Source: Squalus acanthias (taxonomy: Eukaryota). From it: a DNA stretch of 64,000 nt. Shown here piece after piece: positions 49,341-62,210 of this stretch. The stretch is from contig CM059425.1 of the NCBI GenBank assembly GCA_030390025.1, positions 175,710,001-175,774,000 of the forward strand. The letters are read 5' to 3'. Each line of letters starts with the position of its first letter. Within the stretch, counting starts at the first letter, position 1. The notes below the pieces were generated by a model. That model saw only the letters and a list, made by a program, of their open reading frames with translations. It was not told where the DNA came from and ran no database searches. The translations under genes were made by a program, and so were the position numbers.

Positions 49341-51494
49341 CCTTTTCATATACGAAAACTGAAATGTGTATTGCTTTTGATTGTCAAGGCCGTATGGCCT
49401 ACTCCTGCTCCTAATTCTTATGTTCTTATGTTCTCAATGCTGGTATTTCCAAACATTCCCATTCGTTCAGCTCATTAATGCCAGGTTGGATCTGACTTTA
49501 AATATCCTCTTTTGGAATTGCCCCTCAGCTGTACAATTTTACAAATGTTTCCCAACGTTTGGCCTTTCACAAGAGTTTTCCATACCTTTTTGCTAAGGTT
49601 CATTACTCATTTTCCGGAGGGATAATAATCATCAGAGAAGCACTAGAAGCACTAAACATTGACGAAAAGTCCATTATGCCATCGACGGCATTTTACAAAT
49701 GTCTACTTTCGTGATGGATGTGTTATGGCTTCAGTTGATTAAAGAGTGACGCAGTGCCTTCCCATATACGAAAACTGAAGTGTGTATTGCTTTTGATTGT
49801 CAAGGGAAACCCGACTAATGGATTTTCTGTCTTCCAAATGGACATGAGTCATCTGTACAAATTCACAATTGATTTCAAAGTAATCATGCTGTCTAGAGTT
49901 AAGAGTACAGGAAGGCCATGCGGCAGTACTTTTGTTAATTCAAGTTAAAGCATAGCTTAAAAAAAAATCATAAATTAGGATAAGAATAAAATTAACCCTA
50001 ACACTGCTGACAAGTTTGGGGAGATTCCAATATGCCCGGGTCAACTGGTTTTGTGTGTTTTCGGCTAATGCAACGCGACATGTAAATAATACAAATAATA
50101 ATATATCAGGAATGGTTTTATTATAAAGGGGTTAATTTTAACCTAAGTCGTCTGGTGGGAAACTGAGAGGATCAGATCAGCCGCTCGTTTTAAATGCTGC
50201 CTGATATTACTTTCCATTAGCCTGGTCCCCCAGTTGGGTCCCACTTTTGGCAATCTAGCATCCTGTGTGCTGGATTCATCCTGGCATCCAGGTAGCTGCA
50301 TAGACGGGCAGATCAAATGCTGGTATAAAATGGGCGATATTGATTCAACCGCCCGTTATACATCTCTCCTGATTTTCATGTCCATTGACTTCAATAGAAA
50401 TTAATTTTGGGAGAGATGTATAATGGGGGGCTGAATCGATATCGCCCAATTTATATTATCACCCAAAGTCAAAATGACCCCAATGAATGTAGTTTATTTG
50501 AGCTATTCCATCTTATCTATATTAAAAAACAATCTAGATTATACAACGAGGCAATATAAAAAAAGCAAAACTTGCAGAACACTGAAAATTTATGATCAAG
50601 GGTCACTCTCGAAATGTTAACCTATCATTTGTCTTTCAGATGCTAACCAATCTGCTGTGCATTTCTAGATTTACTATTTTATGGAAAAATTGTGATTTAA
50701 CGTTCTTTAGTTTATGGAACAATTTGAGCTTGTTTGGGCTGAAAATCTGTGAACACGGGTGTGCATGACTGCTGGGACGTACCCAACGGGAACCTTCACC
50801 GCTGGCCCTGGTGGTCTTTCCAGAATCAGGGAGAGGTTCCCTACCTGAAACCCAATGACAGGCACAGGGAGCCACTCTAAAAATGTAAAAAAACATTGTA
50901 CTTGCCTCGAATCTTCAGGAGTATCGGCCATGATCATCAACCTGGATTCCCAGATGGGCCCTACAACTGCCTGGTATGCGTGGCCTCACCAAGCATACCT
51001 GCACCAATCATACACCAGGTCCCTATGAGGCTGGGGATGTAGGAACTCCTGGTGTTGTGAGGCCGCACCATCTCCTACACCGCTGGCCTTGTCAGGGGCG
51101 GCAGTGACTCCGCACTTTACAAAGCCCTGAGAAATCCTGATGTAAGGCCAGGACTTGTTGTATCTGGGTCCTGGCCATGCTTCTTGACCTTCTGAAATTT
51201 TCAGACCCATTTAGTACAGGGACAATGAAACAGCATTTTGAGGGGTGGGGGGTGTGGGCGAGAAACTCAAGGGAGAGGGTGTATCTCAGTGGAAGTGCCA
51301 GAATGTACCTGCCTGGGACCCCAGTCACTGACCCCACCCAAGTTTGCGGGATCAGGGGGAGGTCCTTTAATTAAGATGTCAATGGTGGGCACCTGCACCA
51401 CTACAGTTACATTGATGATGCTTTCTCACTGATGAGGCTGCATACTATGATGCACTCTGTCAGTTATCGGGAACTCCCCTGTAAAGGTTATTAA

Positions 51495-51915
51495 ATTACA
51501 CAAACTAGGGTTGTAGTCCCTGGAATTTAGAAGATTTAGTGGTGATTTGATCGAAGTTTTCAAGATATTAGGGGAATTGAGAGGCTATATATAGAGAAAC
51601 TATTTCCGCTGGTTGGGGAGTCTAGGACTAGGGGACATAGCCTAAATATTAGAACCAGACCTTTCAGGAGTGAAGTTTGGAAACACTTCTACACACAAAT
51701 GGTGTAGAAATCTGGAACTCTCTTCTGAAAACGGCAGTTGATGCTAAGTCAATTGTTAATTTTAAATCTGAGATTGATAGATTTTTGTTAACTAAAGGTA
51801 TGAAGGGATAAGGGGCAAAGGCGGGTCTGTGGAGTTAGGTCACAGATCAGCCATGATCTCATTGAATGGCAGTACAGGCTCGAGGAGTTAAATGGCCTAC
51901 CCATGTTCCTATGTT
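51495..51915 (+). mobile_element. CR1 3' fragment
   Basis: GDLIEVFKI..SRTRGHSL..WNSL plus 3' UTR and tail. Confidence 0.8.
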
Positions 51916-52366
51916 GCTATGCCCCTTCAGCCACTGCTTCAAAAATATTTTAAAAGTCTTTGGGGATCCAGGCCACAATCCTGGGTGGGCATCACAACTG
52001 CCCCTTACAAGGCCTTGCGGAATCCCCAATGTAAGGCCGGGACCCAACTTATCTGGGTCCTGGTCTAACTTCTGGCCCTTACTGGTGCAGTCTGGAGTTA
52101 TGGTGGGAGCATGGAGGAAACACCAAGGATTTTCAGCCCCTGGAACTCCAACATGGAATCCCACTCAATCCAGTCACATGGTAGCAAGAAAAAATGCATT
52201 AAAATAAAATGCACCCATGAGCTCCATGGAAGAGTTCAACATAATGTTGCCTTTAATCAAATAAAATCTGCTTGCAGTACATGGGCACCACATTATTTCT
52301 GCCTCTGCTTCTTCCTTTGCAGCACAGAAATCAAGGGTAGGACAGCCCAGTAACATGTGCTTGCAC

Positions 52367-55300
52367 TTCTCTTCTCTTCTTAGGCAGTCCCTCGGAACCG
52401 AGGATGACTTGCTTCCACACTAAAAATGAGTTCTCAGGTGACTGATGAGTCCAATGCAGGACCTACAGTCTCTGTCACAGGTGGGGTAGGCGGTGGTTGA
52501 AGGGGCGGGTGGGTGGGGTGCTTGGGTTGACGTGCGCTCCTTGTGCTGCTTGCTCTTGGCTTCCGCTTGCTCCCAGCGAAGAGACTCGAGGTGTTCGGAT
52601 GCTTCTCCTCCACTTTGTGCGGTCTTGGGCCAGGGATTCCCAGGTGTCGGTGGGTATGTTGCACTTTTCCAAGGAGGCTTTGAGGGTGACCTTGAAGCGT
52701 TTCCACTGCCCACCTGGGGCTCTCTTGCCTGTCAGAGCTTCAAGTAGAGCGCTTGCTTTGGGAGTCTTGTATCGGGCATGCGGACGATGTGGCCCATCCA
52801 TCGGAACTGATCGAGCGTGGTCAAAGCTTCAATGCTGGGGATGTTGGCCTGAGCGAGAACACTGACATTGGTGCACCTATCCTGCCAATGGATTTGCAGG
52901 ATCTTGCGGAGGCAGCGTTGGTGGTACCTCCCCAGTGCTTTCAGGGGCTTGCTGTACATGGTCCATGTCTCTGAAGCATACAGGAGGGCGGGTATCACTA
53001 CTGCTCTGTAAACCATGAGCTTGGCGCTGGGTTTGAGGTCCTGGTCTTCAAACACTCTCTTCCTCAGGCGATCAAAGGCTGCACTGGCACACTGAAGGCA
53101 GTTTTTGACTTCGTCATCGACGCCTGCCCTTGTTGACAGTAGGCTCCCGAGGTATGGAAAGTGGTCCACGTTGTCCAAGGCCTCGTCATGGATTTTGATA
53201 TTCAGGGAGCAGTACTGTGTGGCAGGGGCAGGTTGGTAGAGGACCTTTGTCTTATGGATGTTTAGTGTAAGGCTCATGCTCTCGTATGCTTCAGTGAAGG
53301 TGTTGACGATGGTTTGGAGTTCGACCTCTGAGTGTGCATACTGTAATTCGATGACAGAATATGGGACGACCTTGGATCTGGACTGGAGGCGACGGAGGTT
53401 GAACAGTTTGTTCTGTAGATTAGCTCCACTCTAGCAGGGAGCTTACTGAGGGTGAGATGGAGCACTGCAGCCAGGAAGATCGAGCAGAGTGTTGGTGCGA
53501 TGACACAACAACCTTGCTTGACCCTGGTCCTACGTGAATTGGGTCTGTGGTGGATCTGTTGGTCAGGATCACGGCTTGCATGTCGTCGTGAAGCAGGCGG
53601 AGGATGGTGACAAACTTTTGAGGGCAGCTAAATTTGAGGAGGACACTCCATAATCCCTCATGGTTGACGGTGTCGAAGGCCTTTGTGAGGTCAAAGAAGG
53701 CCATGTACAGCGGTTGGTGCTGTTCCCTGCATTTTTCTTGTAGTTGACGTGCGGTGAAGATCATGTCCATTGTGCCCCTTAGTGGGCGGAATCCACATTG
53801 CGACTCTGGGAGGAGCTCTTCAGCCACTGGGAGAAGGCGATTGAGGAGGATTCTTGTGATGACTTTCCCAGTGGCAGACAGCAGGGAGACACCTCTGTAA
53901 TTACCGCAATCGGACTTGTCACCTTTCTTGAAGATGGTCACGATTACGGCATCTCTGAGATCCCCTGGCATGCTCTCCTCCTTCCAAATAAGAGAAATTA
54001 GTTCATGTATTCACGCCAATAATGTTTCTCCGCCATGTTTTAGCGCCTCGGCAGGAATTCCATCTGCTCCTGAGGCCTTGTTGTTCTTTAATTGTCGGAT
54101 GGCCTTTGCAAGCTCATGCCGGGCTGGGGTTGTGCTGAGGTGGTGGCGGGTAGCATGCTGCGGGATGGAGTTGAGGACACTCGCGTCGAAGACAGAGTCT
54201 CGGTTAAGGAGATCTTCGAAGTGCTCCTTCCAGCGGGCACTGACTGCCTCTCTGTCCTTGATGAGTACCTCTCCATTCTTGGCCCGCAGTGAGGTAGGAC
54301 CTTGGGTGCTTGGGCCGTAGGTGGTCTTGACTGCGCTAAAGAATCCATGCACGTTGTGTTTGTTGGCTAGCTGCTGGATCTCCTGCGTTTTCTCCACACA
54401 CCATCTGTTCTTTAGGTCGCGAGTTTTTTGTTGGACCTCGGCCTTCAGGCATCTGTAGAGCTGCTTTCTTGCTCTCGAGTTGTGTTGCTGTTTCCAGATC
54501 AGGAATGCCTTGTGCTTGCGGCTTATTAGCTCCTGGATCTTCTGGTCATTCTCGTCGAACCAGTCTTGGTGTTTCCTGGTCGAGTGACCGAGTGTCTCTT
54601 CATAGGTGCTGATTACGTCAGGGCCCAGGAGCAAGGTCGAGGCCCAGGAGCAAGGTCGAGGCCCAGGAGGAAGGTCGAGGCCCAGGAGTGGCGCAGCATG
54701 GACCAGCAGCGGGGTCGGGAGGACCACACCGCAGCCTATGAAACCCAGGCAGAGAGGACCTGCGGGAAGGAGGGAGGAGGACAGTCGGAGTATGTTTGTG
54801 TGTGTGTGCTAGGCCGATGTAGCAGAGCCTGATCTGCAATCATCTTGGATCCCCTTGCCATTGGACCAAGACCTTGCTCTGTCAAGCCCGTGTGGTGGCT
54901 GGTGTGCAATGGCCACCCCACGTTAAAAGAATTCACGCACAGGCATCTTCCACCCTCCTTGGCGACTTCAACGCCAGAATTGGAAAGGACACAGACCTCT
55001 GGGGAGGTGTGATCGGCAGAGGGGGGTAGGGAAAGCCAATTCCAATGGTACCCTCCTCCTGACGAAATGCTTAGAACATAGCCTTGTCATAACCAACACC
55101 TTGTTCCGTCAGAGAGACAAGTACAAGGCTTCATGGCAACACCCTCGCTCCAAGCACTGGCATCTGCTGGACTACATCATCATCTGAGCGAGGGACCGCA
55201 AGGACATCCGCATCACCCGCGCCATGACAGGAGCTGACCACTGCTGGACAGACCACTACCTAATCCGCTCTGTCATCTCCATCAACATAGCCCCAAAACA

Positions 55301-55467
55301 GCAGCGTCAACAGAAGCAATGCTGCAGGAAAATCAATGTTGGAGCACTCAAAGACTTTGCTAAGAAAGCCCTATTCAACCTACGCCTCACAACCAACCTG
55401 GCGACTCCCAGTGATTCAGAGACACAGAGTGCCCACAGCGCCTGGTCTGCACTCAAGGCCTCCATAA
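52367..55467 (-). mobile_element. RTE-clade LINE with inverted 5' segment (52367-54615 minus; 54616-55467 plus)
   Basis: RT (QCGFRP, FFDLTKAFDTV) on minus; 5' UTR and EN (LLGDFNARIG, HWHLLDY, WTDH) on plus; the coding sequence is contiguous across the two outer points. Confidence 0.88.
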
Positions 55468-57558
55468 CCTGGATTGTTGATGACGGGATTTGGGGCTTCA
55501 GTATATGCTTTGGCCTCAATTGATGATATATTCTTCTACAAGGAAAAGAATCCGATAAATTATTCAGTAGCACTGCGTGATAAACTGAACTTTGTTGGTT
55601 GTGTGGAATGTTCTTCTGGAAAATTAAATCCATTTTCTTTTCAAAAAACTCAGAATTCTATTGCCAGAGTCTGGTGCAGTTTATCCCCAGTTATTTGGGT
55701 GCAGAAGTTGTGGGAGCTGCAGGATTTGCTATCCATTCCAACAGGGTTGCTCTCCTCTATGCCTAAATTATCAAAATGTACTGTGGTGGGCAAAGCTCCA
55801 CGCTGTTTGCTTGGAGCCGGGAGGAGCACTCCTGCTTCTCTTGGCTCCACCATAACGCTTTTTAAAATTATTTAAAAATAATGTTACCTTTCGTTGTTGG
55901 CCACTGCTTAGGCCACAGTACCCACTGAAGAATGCTGAATGGGGCAAGCCTGATGTAGACCAACTCTGGTGAAAGGGCCTAAAACAAGCATTAGGCCCCT
56001 CATTTACATGACTGAAAAATGGCCTGACCCCATTTGAGTGGGATCATTTTTCAGGCGTACTTGGGGCGCAAGATGTTGGTCTCTGAAATTAGGCCACATT
56101 GTGCAGTGCAGTCCAATTTCTATCACTAAGTGTACTGTTAATTTTTCCTTAATTTCTTAAACATTCGCCTGTAAGTTTTGGGTGTTAAATCATAAACATC
56201 AAGAATGGGACGTTTTCTAACATGATAGTTCATGCAGTCCACAGAGGGTTGTTCAGCATGTAATCTTTGCCATAGGAAGTGGTTGAGGTAGAGACCATAG
56301 CATCTTTTACGGGAATATTGGATACATATTTTAGCAGAGAAAGATACAGGGCTATGGGGAGAGAATGGGGCAATAGGACTGGTTTTGCATTGCACTAGGA
56401 AAGAGCCAACAGGATGGTCCAAAAGACCTCCTTCTGTGCTGTGAACCTCTGCGGTTCTATAGATACAAGTCTCAAAACATGGCAGTCAGCATGCAGCCCA
56501 GATACACATGGGCTGGATTTTTCCAACCTCGGTGGGTCCATGGCGGGTGACGTCCGTGGTGTGTGGGGGCCTGTGACTCCCTCCATATGCTTATGGAGGG
56601 AGTCACAGCACGCAGGGAGGTTCTCTTCATTTACAATGGGTGGAAGACACCTCCCCAAGACACCAACGCAGCCTGGTTGCATATTGCACAGGAGGACACA
56701 AGCAGGGATGTCGTCAGGAGGACCTGGCTGCAGTGGCGCAAACCTTTCAATGATCTCAGTAGATCACGAAATGTTACTGCAAAGCCACACTCAACCTCAT
56801 CCTGCTGTGCCTCTCATCACATCCCCATCACTCTGCCTTCCCTACCCCACTCCTGCACATCCTCACTCACACCAACTTACCTTGCACCTCTACCCATCCC
56901 TCTCTATCTACATTATCACTTCCCCATCTCACTAGCCATCCCTCACACTCACCCTCATCCTAGTCCAATCATACCAGCTAACAACACACAAGGGTAGGCA
57001 CTTGGGTGTTTTAGCCAATGTTCGTGTAAACTTTCTGGTAATGTGTTGTTAAGCATTGAAGTCCTTATTGTCACCACTTTGCCTTCTTCCACAGATTTGT
57101 GTGCACCGTAGAAAGTGTGTTAGTGAGTTCCAGTGAATGGTGAGACATAACGTTCCCCCACCCCCCCCACCCCCAAGGTGATGAGTGTGAAAGGAATGAC
57201 TTGGACATTGTAGGGATGCTTTATGGTGCTAGTGTGGGCTGGTGCCAACCTGGTGCATCATGTGGCAGCCAGGGTGTACAGTGTTAAGTGAAGCAAATCT
57301 GGACATGGTGAGGCCATCGCTGGCATCCCAGGCAGCAATGTACATGGGTGATGATGCCCTGTGTCCAGTGCAGCATCAGTTGATTGCGGAGAAGGTTTGT
57401 GTGGATGTTGGTGCTGCTGGTGTGCCCGGTGATGCTGGTGTTGGGACTGATCATGTTGGGATTCAGAGGACCAAGGTGAGATTTTTTCAAGGGCACCGAT
57501 GCTGATGGAATAGCTGGCAGGTGAGGTTGAGATGACAAAAGCAATCTGTTAATGTTGA

Positions 57559-60010
57559 AATAACAACAGAAAACGCTGGAAAAACTCAGCAGGCGAGGCA
57601 GCATCCGTGGAGAGAGAAACAGAGTTAACGTTTCAGGTCGAAGACCTTTCATCAGAACTGGAGACAGCAGGAAATCAAATAGATTTAAAGCAAGGATAAA
57701 GCTGGGAAAAGGGGGAGGGGATGAAAGAACAAAAGGAGAGATTAAGAGACATTAAGCGACATTAAGAGATATTGAAGGCAAGAGGTGGTGTTAATGTGAC
57801 AGGTTAAGGCTGAAAGAAGTGTGAAATGCAATGGCAGAATGAAGGACAGCTGCCAGCTTCTAGGAGGAAAAAAAAAGGGGGGGGAGGGGGCAAATAAAAG
57901 GGTGGATGAGAAAATAAAATATAAATGTGATGGGGCTAAGGTTATGATCTAAAATTGTTGAACTCGATATTGAGTCCAGAGGGCTGTAGCGTGCCTAAAC
58001 GAAAGATGAGGTGCTGTTCCTCGAGCTTACGCTGCGCTTCCGTGGAACAGTGTAATAGGCCGAGGACAGGTGAGGTCAGAGTGGGAGTGAAGCGGTGAAT
58101 TAAAGTGACAGGCCACCGGGAGCTCGGGGTCCCCCTTACGGACTGAACGGAGGTGTTCCGCAAAGCGGTCACCCAATCTGCGTTTGGTCTCCCCAATGTA
58201 GAGGAGACCACATCGTGAGCAGCGAATACAGTATACTAAATTGCAGGAAGTACAAGTAAATCGCTGTTTCACCTGGAAGGGGTGTTTGGGGCCCTGGACA
58301 GTGGGAAGAGGGGAGGTATAAGGGCATGTGTTGCATCTCCTGCGCTTGCACGGGAAGGTGCCGGGCGAAGGGGAAGGGGTGCTGGGGGTGGTAGAGGAGT
58401 GGACTAAGGTGTCGCGGAGGGAGCGGTCCCTGCAGAATGCTGAAAGGGGAGGTGAGGGGAAGATGCGTTTGGTGGTGGGATCACGCTGGAGGTGGCGGAA
58501 ATGGCGGAGGATGATCCGTTGAATGTGGAGGCTGGTGGGGTGAAAGGTGAGGACAAGGGGAACTCTATCGTGGTTCCGGGAGGGAGGGGCAGGGGTGAGG
58601 GCAGAAGTGCGGGAGATAGAACGGACACGGTCGAGGGCCGTGTCGACCACGGTAGAGGGGAATCCTCGGTCTCCATCTCTGGGGATAGGTTATTGACTAA
58701 CATTCACTACAAGCCCACTGACTCCCACAGCTACCTGGACTACACTTCCTCCCACCCCGCCTCCTGTAAGGACTCTATTCCATTCTCCCAGTTTCTCCGT
58801 CTCCGCCGCATTTGCTCTGATGATGCCACCTTCCATACCACTGCTTCCGACGTGTCTTCCTTTTTCCTCAACCGAGGATTCCCCTCTACTGTGGTCGACA
58901 CAGCACTCGACCGTGTCCGTTCTATCTCCCGCACTTCTGCCCTCACCCCTGCCCCTCCCTCCCGGAACCACGATAGAGTTCCCCTTGTCCTCACCTTTCA
59001 CCCCACCAGCCTCCACATTCAACGGATCATCCTCCGCCATTTCCGCCACCTCCAGCGTGATCCCACCACCAAACGCATCTTCCCCTCACCTCCCCTTTCA
59101 GCATTCTGCAGGGACCGCTCCCTCCGCGACACCTTAGTCCACTCCTCTACCACCCCCAGCACCCCTTCCCCTTCGCCCGGCACCTTCCCGTGCAAGCGCA
59201 GGAGATGCAACACATGCCCTTATACCTCCCCTCTTCCCACTGTCCAGGGCCCCAAACACCCCTTCCAGGTGAAACAGCGATTTACTTGTACTTCCTGCAA
59301 TTTAGTATACTGTATTTGCTGCTCACGATGTGGTCTCCTCTACATTGGGGAGACCAAACGCAGATTGGGTGACCGCTTTGTGGAACACCTCCGTTCAGTC
59401 CGTAAGGGGGACCCCGAGCTCCCGGTCGCCTGTCACTTTAATTCACCGCTTCACTCCCACTCTGACCTCACCGTCCTCAGCCTATTACACTGTTCCACAG
59501 AAGCGCAGCGTAAGCTCGAGGAACAGCACCTCATCTTTCGTTTAGGCACGCTACAGCCCTTTGGACTCAATATCGAGTTCAACAATTTTAGATCATAACC
59601 TCAGCCCCATCACATTTATATTTTATTTTCTCATCCACCCTTTTATTTGTCCCCCCCCTTTTTTTTTCCTCCTAGAAGCTGGCAGCTGTCCTTCATTCTG
59701 CCATTGCATTTCACACTTCTTTCAGCCTTAACCTGTCACATTAACACCACCTCTTGCCTTGAATATCTCTTAATGTCGCTTAATGTCTCTTAATCTCTCC
59801 TTTTGTTCTTTCATCCCCTCCCCCTTTTCCCAGCTTTATCCTTGCTTTAAATCTATTTGATTTCCTGCTGTCTCCAGTTCTGATGAAAGGTCTTCGACCT
59901 GAAACGTTAACTCTGTTTCTCTCTCCACGGATGCTGCCTCGCCAGTTGAGTTTTTCTAGCGTTTTCTGTTGTTATTTCGGATTTCCAGCATCTGCAGTAT
60001 TTTGTTATCG
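57559..60010. mobile_element. Penelope-like element (RT C-terminus plus GIY-YIG endonuclease) as a ~1.1-kb-arm inverted repeat
   Basis: YKPTDSHSYL..SSHP, and LVYCICCSRCGLLYIGETKR..RFVEH (GIY-YIG); near-identical inverted arms; 12-bp TSD TGTTAATGTTGA (57547-57558 / 60011-60022). Confidence 0.93.
59870..59915 (+). ncRNA. Minimal hammerhead ribozyme motif (mirror copy at ~57622-57665, minus strand)
   Basis: CTGATGA-AAGGTC-TTCG-ACCT-GAAA followed by the palindromic GTTAAC, typical of Penelope terminal repeats. Confidence 0.75.
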
Positions 60011-60648
60011 TGTTAATGTTGAGATAGGTTGTTCCAAGGAGGTGACAGTGGATAGAGAAATTACTCCAAACACTTCAAAAGTGCATAAAGCTCAGAAGTG
60101 GGTTCCAATCATTAATGCTCCAGTTTCTAAGATTGGGAAGTGAACAGCTGTGAAATGGTAGGTTTTACACCACTTTTGTAGCTTTCACCTATTCACAGCA
60201 ATCCACAGTCATTGAGAACCCGACACACTTACCTGATGTGATAGCCGCTCTCGGGAACCTCGTTGAAAACCTTGTAAAATGGTAAGTACATGGGAAAATG
60301 GTTCTTAAGTACCTTTTAATAAGCTTTTAACAATCGAAATTGGCTGACCCGCCAGTTGATAACGGGTCTGTTCAGGGATGACAGATCCGACACTTGGGAA
60401 ACTGACAAGGAGGCGGGTTTACAGCGGGATACCGTCCCACTGTCAATCTTTGTGATTTTGACAACGGACCCGCCTCCAAACCCGCACTCTGAGCGCCGGC
60501 AAAATTCAGCCCACTGTCCATAGGTTGCCATGGATTTGGCACAGACAATTAGGAAGTACTCAGATCTGAAAATGGTAAAGTGGTACCGACGTTTAGACAA
60601 TTCTGACCTAAGAACTAATTCCATGGCTTAGTGAAATACTAACACAAT

Positions 60649-62210
60649 GGCCGTGATTTTGCTGGCGCTCAGAGGGCGAGTTTGGAGGCGGGTCAGAGGT
60701 TAAAGTCATTTTGATTGACGGCGGATTCTGCACCCGCCGTCAACCCGCCTCCACTCAACCTTCCCAAGTGTCGGGTCCCTGATTTACGAATGGACCCGAC
60801 ACCTAGCGGTGGGAAACGGATTAAAGGCAATTAACTGCCTATTAACAAGTACTTGTGAGCAGTTTTCAGGCTCTTTTTCGATTTTCCAGCTTCTGGGTCA
60901 GGTTTCACGACATCTGGACAACACGCCAGGTAAGTGTGGCATGTTGTGAGTCTGGTCTAATGTTTGTGAAAAGATGACAGCTGCAAAAGTGGTGTCAAGG
61001 ATGCAATGTTGCACATGGTGAGTTTCAGAGCAAAGAAAATGTTGGTTACTGCATTTTTAATACATATACAGATTTCTTTATCTTACAAGTTTTTAAATCC
61101 AACTGTATGTCCAGTGCCACCTCATTGGGAGAACCTCTCTCACCAGTGACAGATCGCTTCTGTCATCTCACCTGCAGCTGCCATCTATTCCAACAACATC
61201 GAAGTCAATGAAACAATCAGACCTTGGTCCTCCGAATCCTTCCATTATCATCCCCAACACCAACATCACCAACCTCATCACCAACCTTCACCGCCATCAC
61301 CTGATGCTGCACTGGACACAGGGCATCAGCCCCTGACAAAATTGTTGGCCGGGAGGCCAGCGGTGGCATCACCATGGACAGATTTTCTTCACTTGATGCT
61401 GTAAACCCTGGTTGTCACATGATGCACCAGGTTGACACCATCCCACACCAGCACCATGAAGCATCCCTTTAATGTCCAAGCAGTTCCATGCACACACATC
61501 ACTATAGGGGGAAGAGGGGGTGCGGGGAGTTATGACTGAACAATCACTGGAGCTCAGTAAGACACTTCTCAATGTGCGCTCAGATGTGTCCAATAAGGGG
61601 CACTTTTTGAAAAAGAGATTTCACTGTATGACAACACATTACCAGAAACTTCACATGGACATTGGCTAAACCTCTCAAGTGCCCACCCTTGTATGCTGTT
61701 AGTTGGTATGCTTGCAGTAGAATGAGTGTGAGTGTGAGGGGTGGCTAGTGAGATAGGGAAGTGATAATGTAGATAGAGAGGGTTGGGTGGCGGTGTAAGG
61801 TAAGTTGGTGTCCTGGGGAGATCTCTTCCGCCCTTGGAAGGGAAGAGAAACTCCATGCGTACTGTGACTCCCTCCATAAGCATATGGAGGGAGTCATTGG
61901 AGAGCCTGGGTACAAGAGTTCACCTTTGTGCAGTGATTGTCAGTGTTTTCAGCACCTCAAAGCTGTCAAACACTGACAAATCAACTGTCAAAATAAAATT
62001 GTGCGTGGTCCCTTTAAGGAAATCGGCAGATGATGCGTCATCAAATGACGTCATCAGACCCGCTTCCTGTTAATTGGCCGGTAAGGGCGGGCTTACCAAG
62101 GCCAATCAAGGGAACATCACATCTGCAGAGCGGAGGCAGCTGGGGGCGGGACTGGAACCTGGAAACCAGCTGACCCGCCCCCATCCCGACACCGATGGAA
62201 AATCGCGTCC
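60649..62210 (+). mobile_element. Internally deleted Harbinger derivative
   Basis: Starts GGCCGTGATTTTGCTGGCGCTCAGAG (nearly the same as 33939) and ends AAAATCGCGTCC; TSD AAT. Confidence 0.85.

Larger units (their letters stand above)
56510..60512 (-). mobile_element. Internally deleted Harbinger derivative hosting a Penelope insertion
   Basis: TIRs GGGCTGGATTTT / AAAATTCAGCCC; the body is colinear with 40607-42354. Confidence 0.85.

Noticed and set aside
58492..59598. 368-aa ORF as a complete gene
   Set aside because: Its first ~60 codons are antisense sequence from the left palindrome arm; only 58673 onward is Penelope coding sequence.
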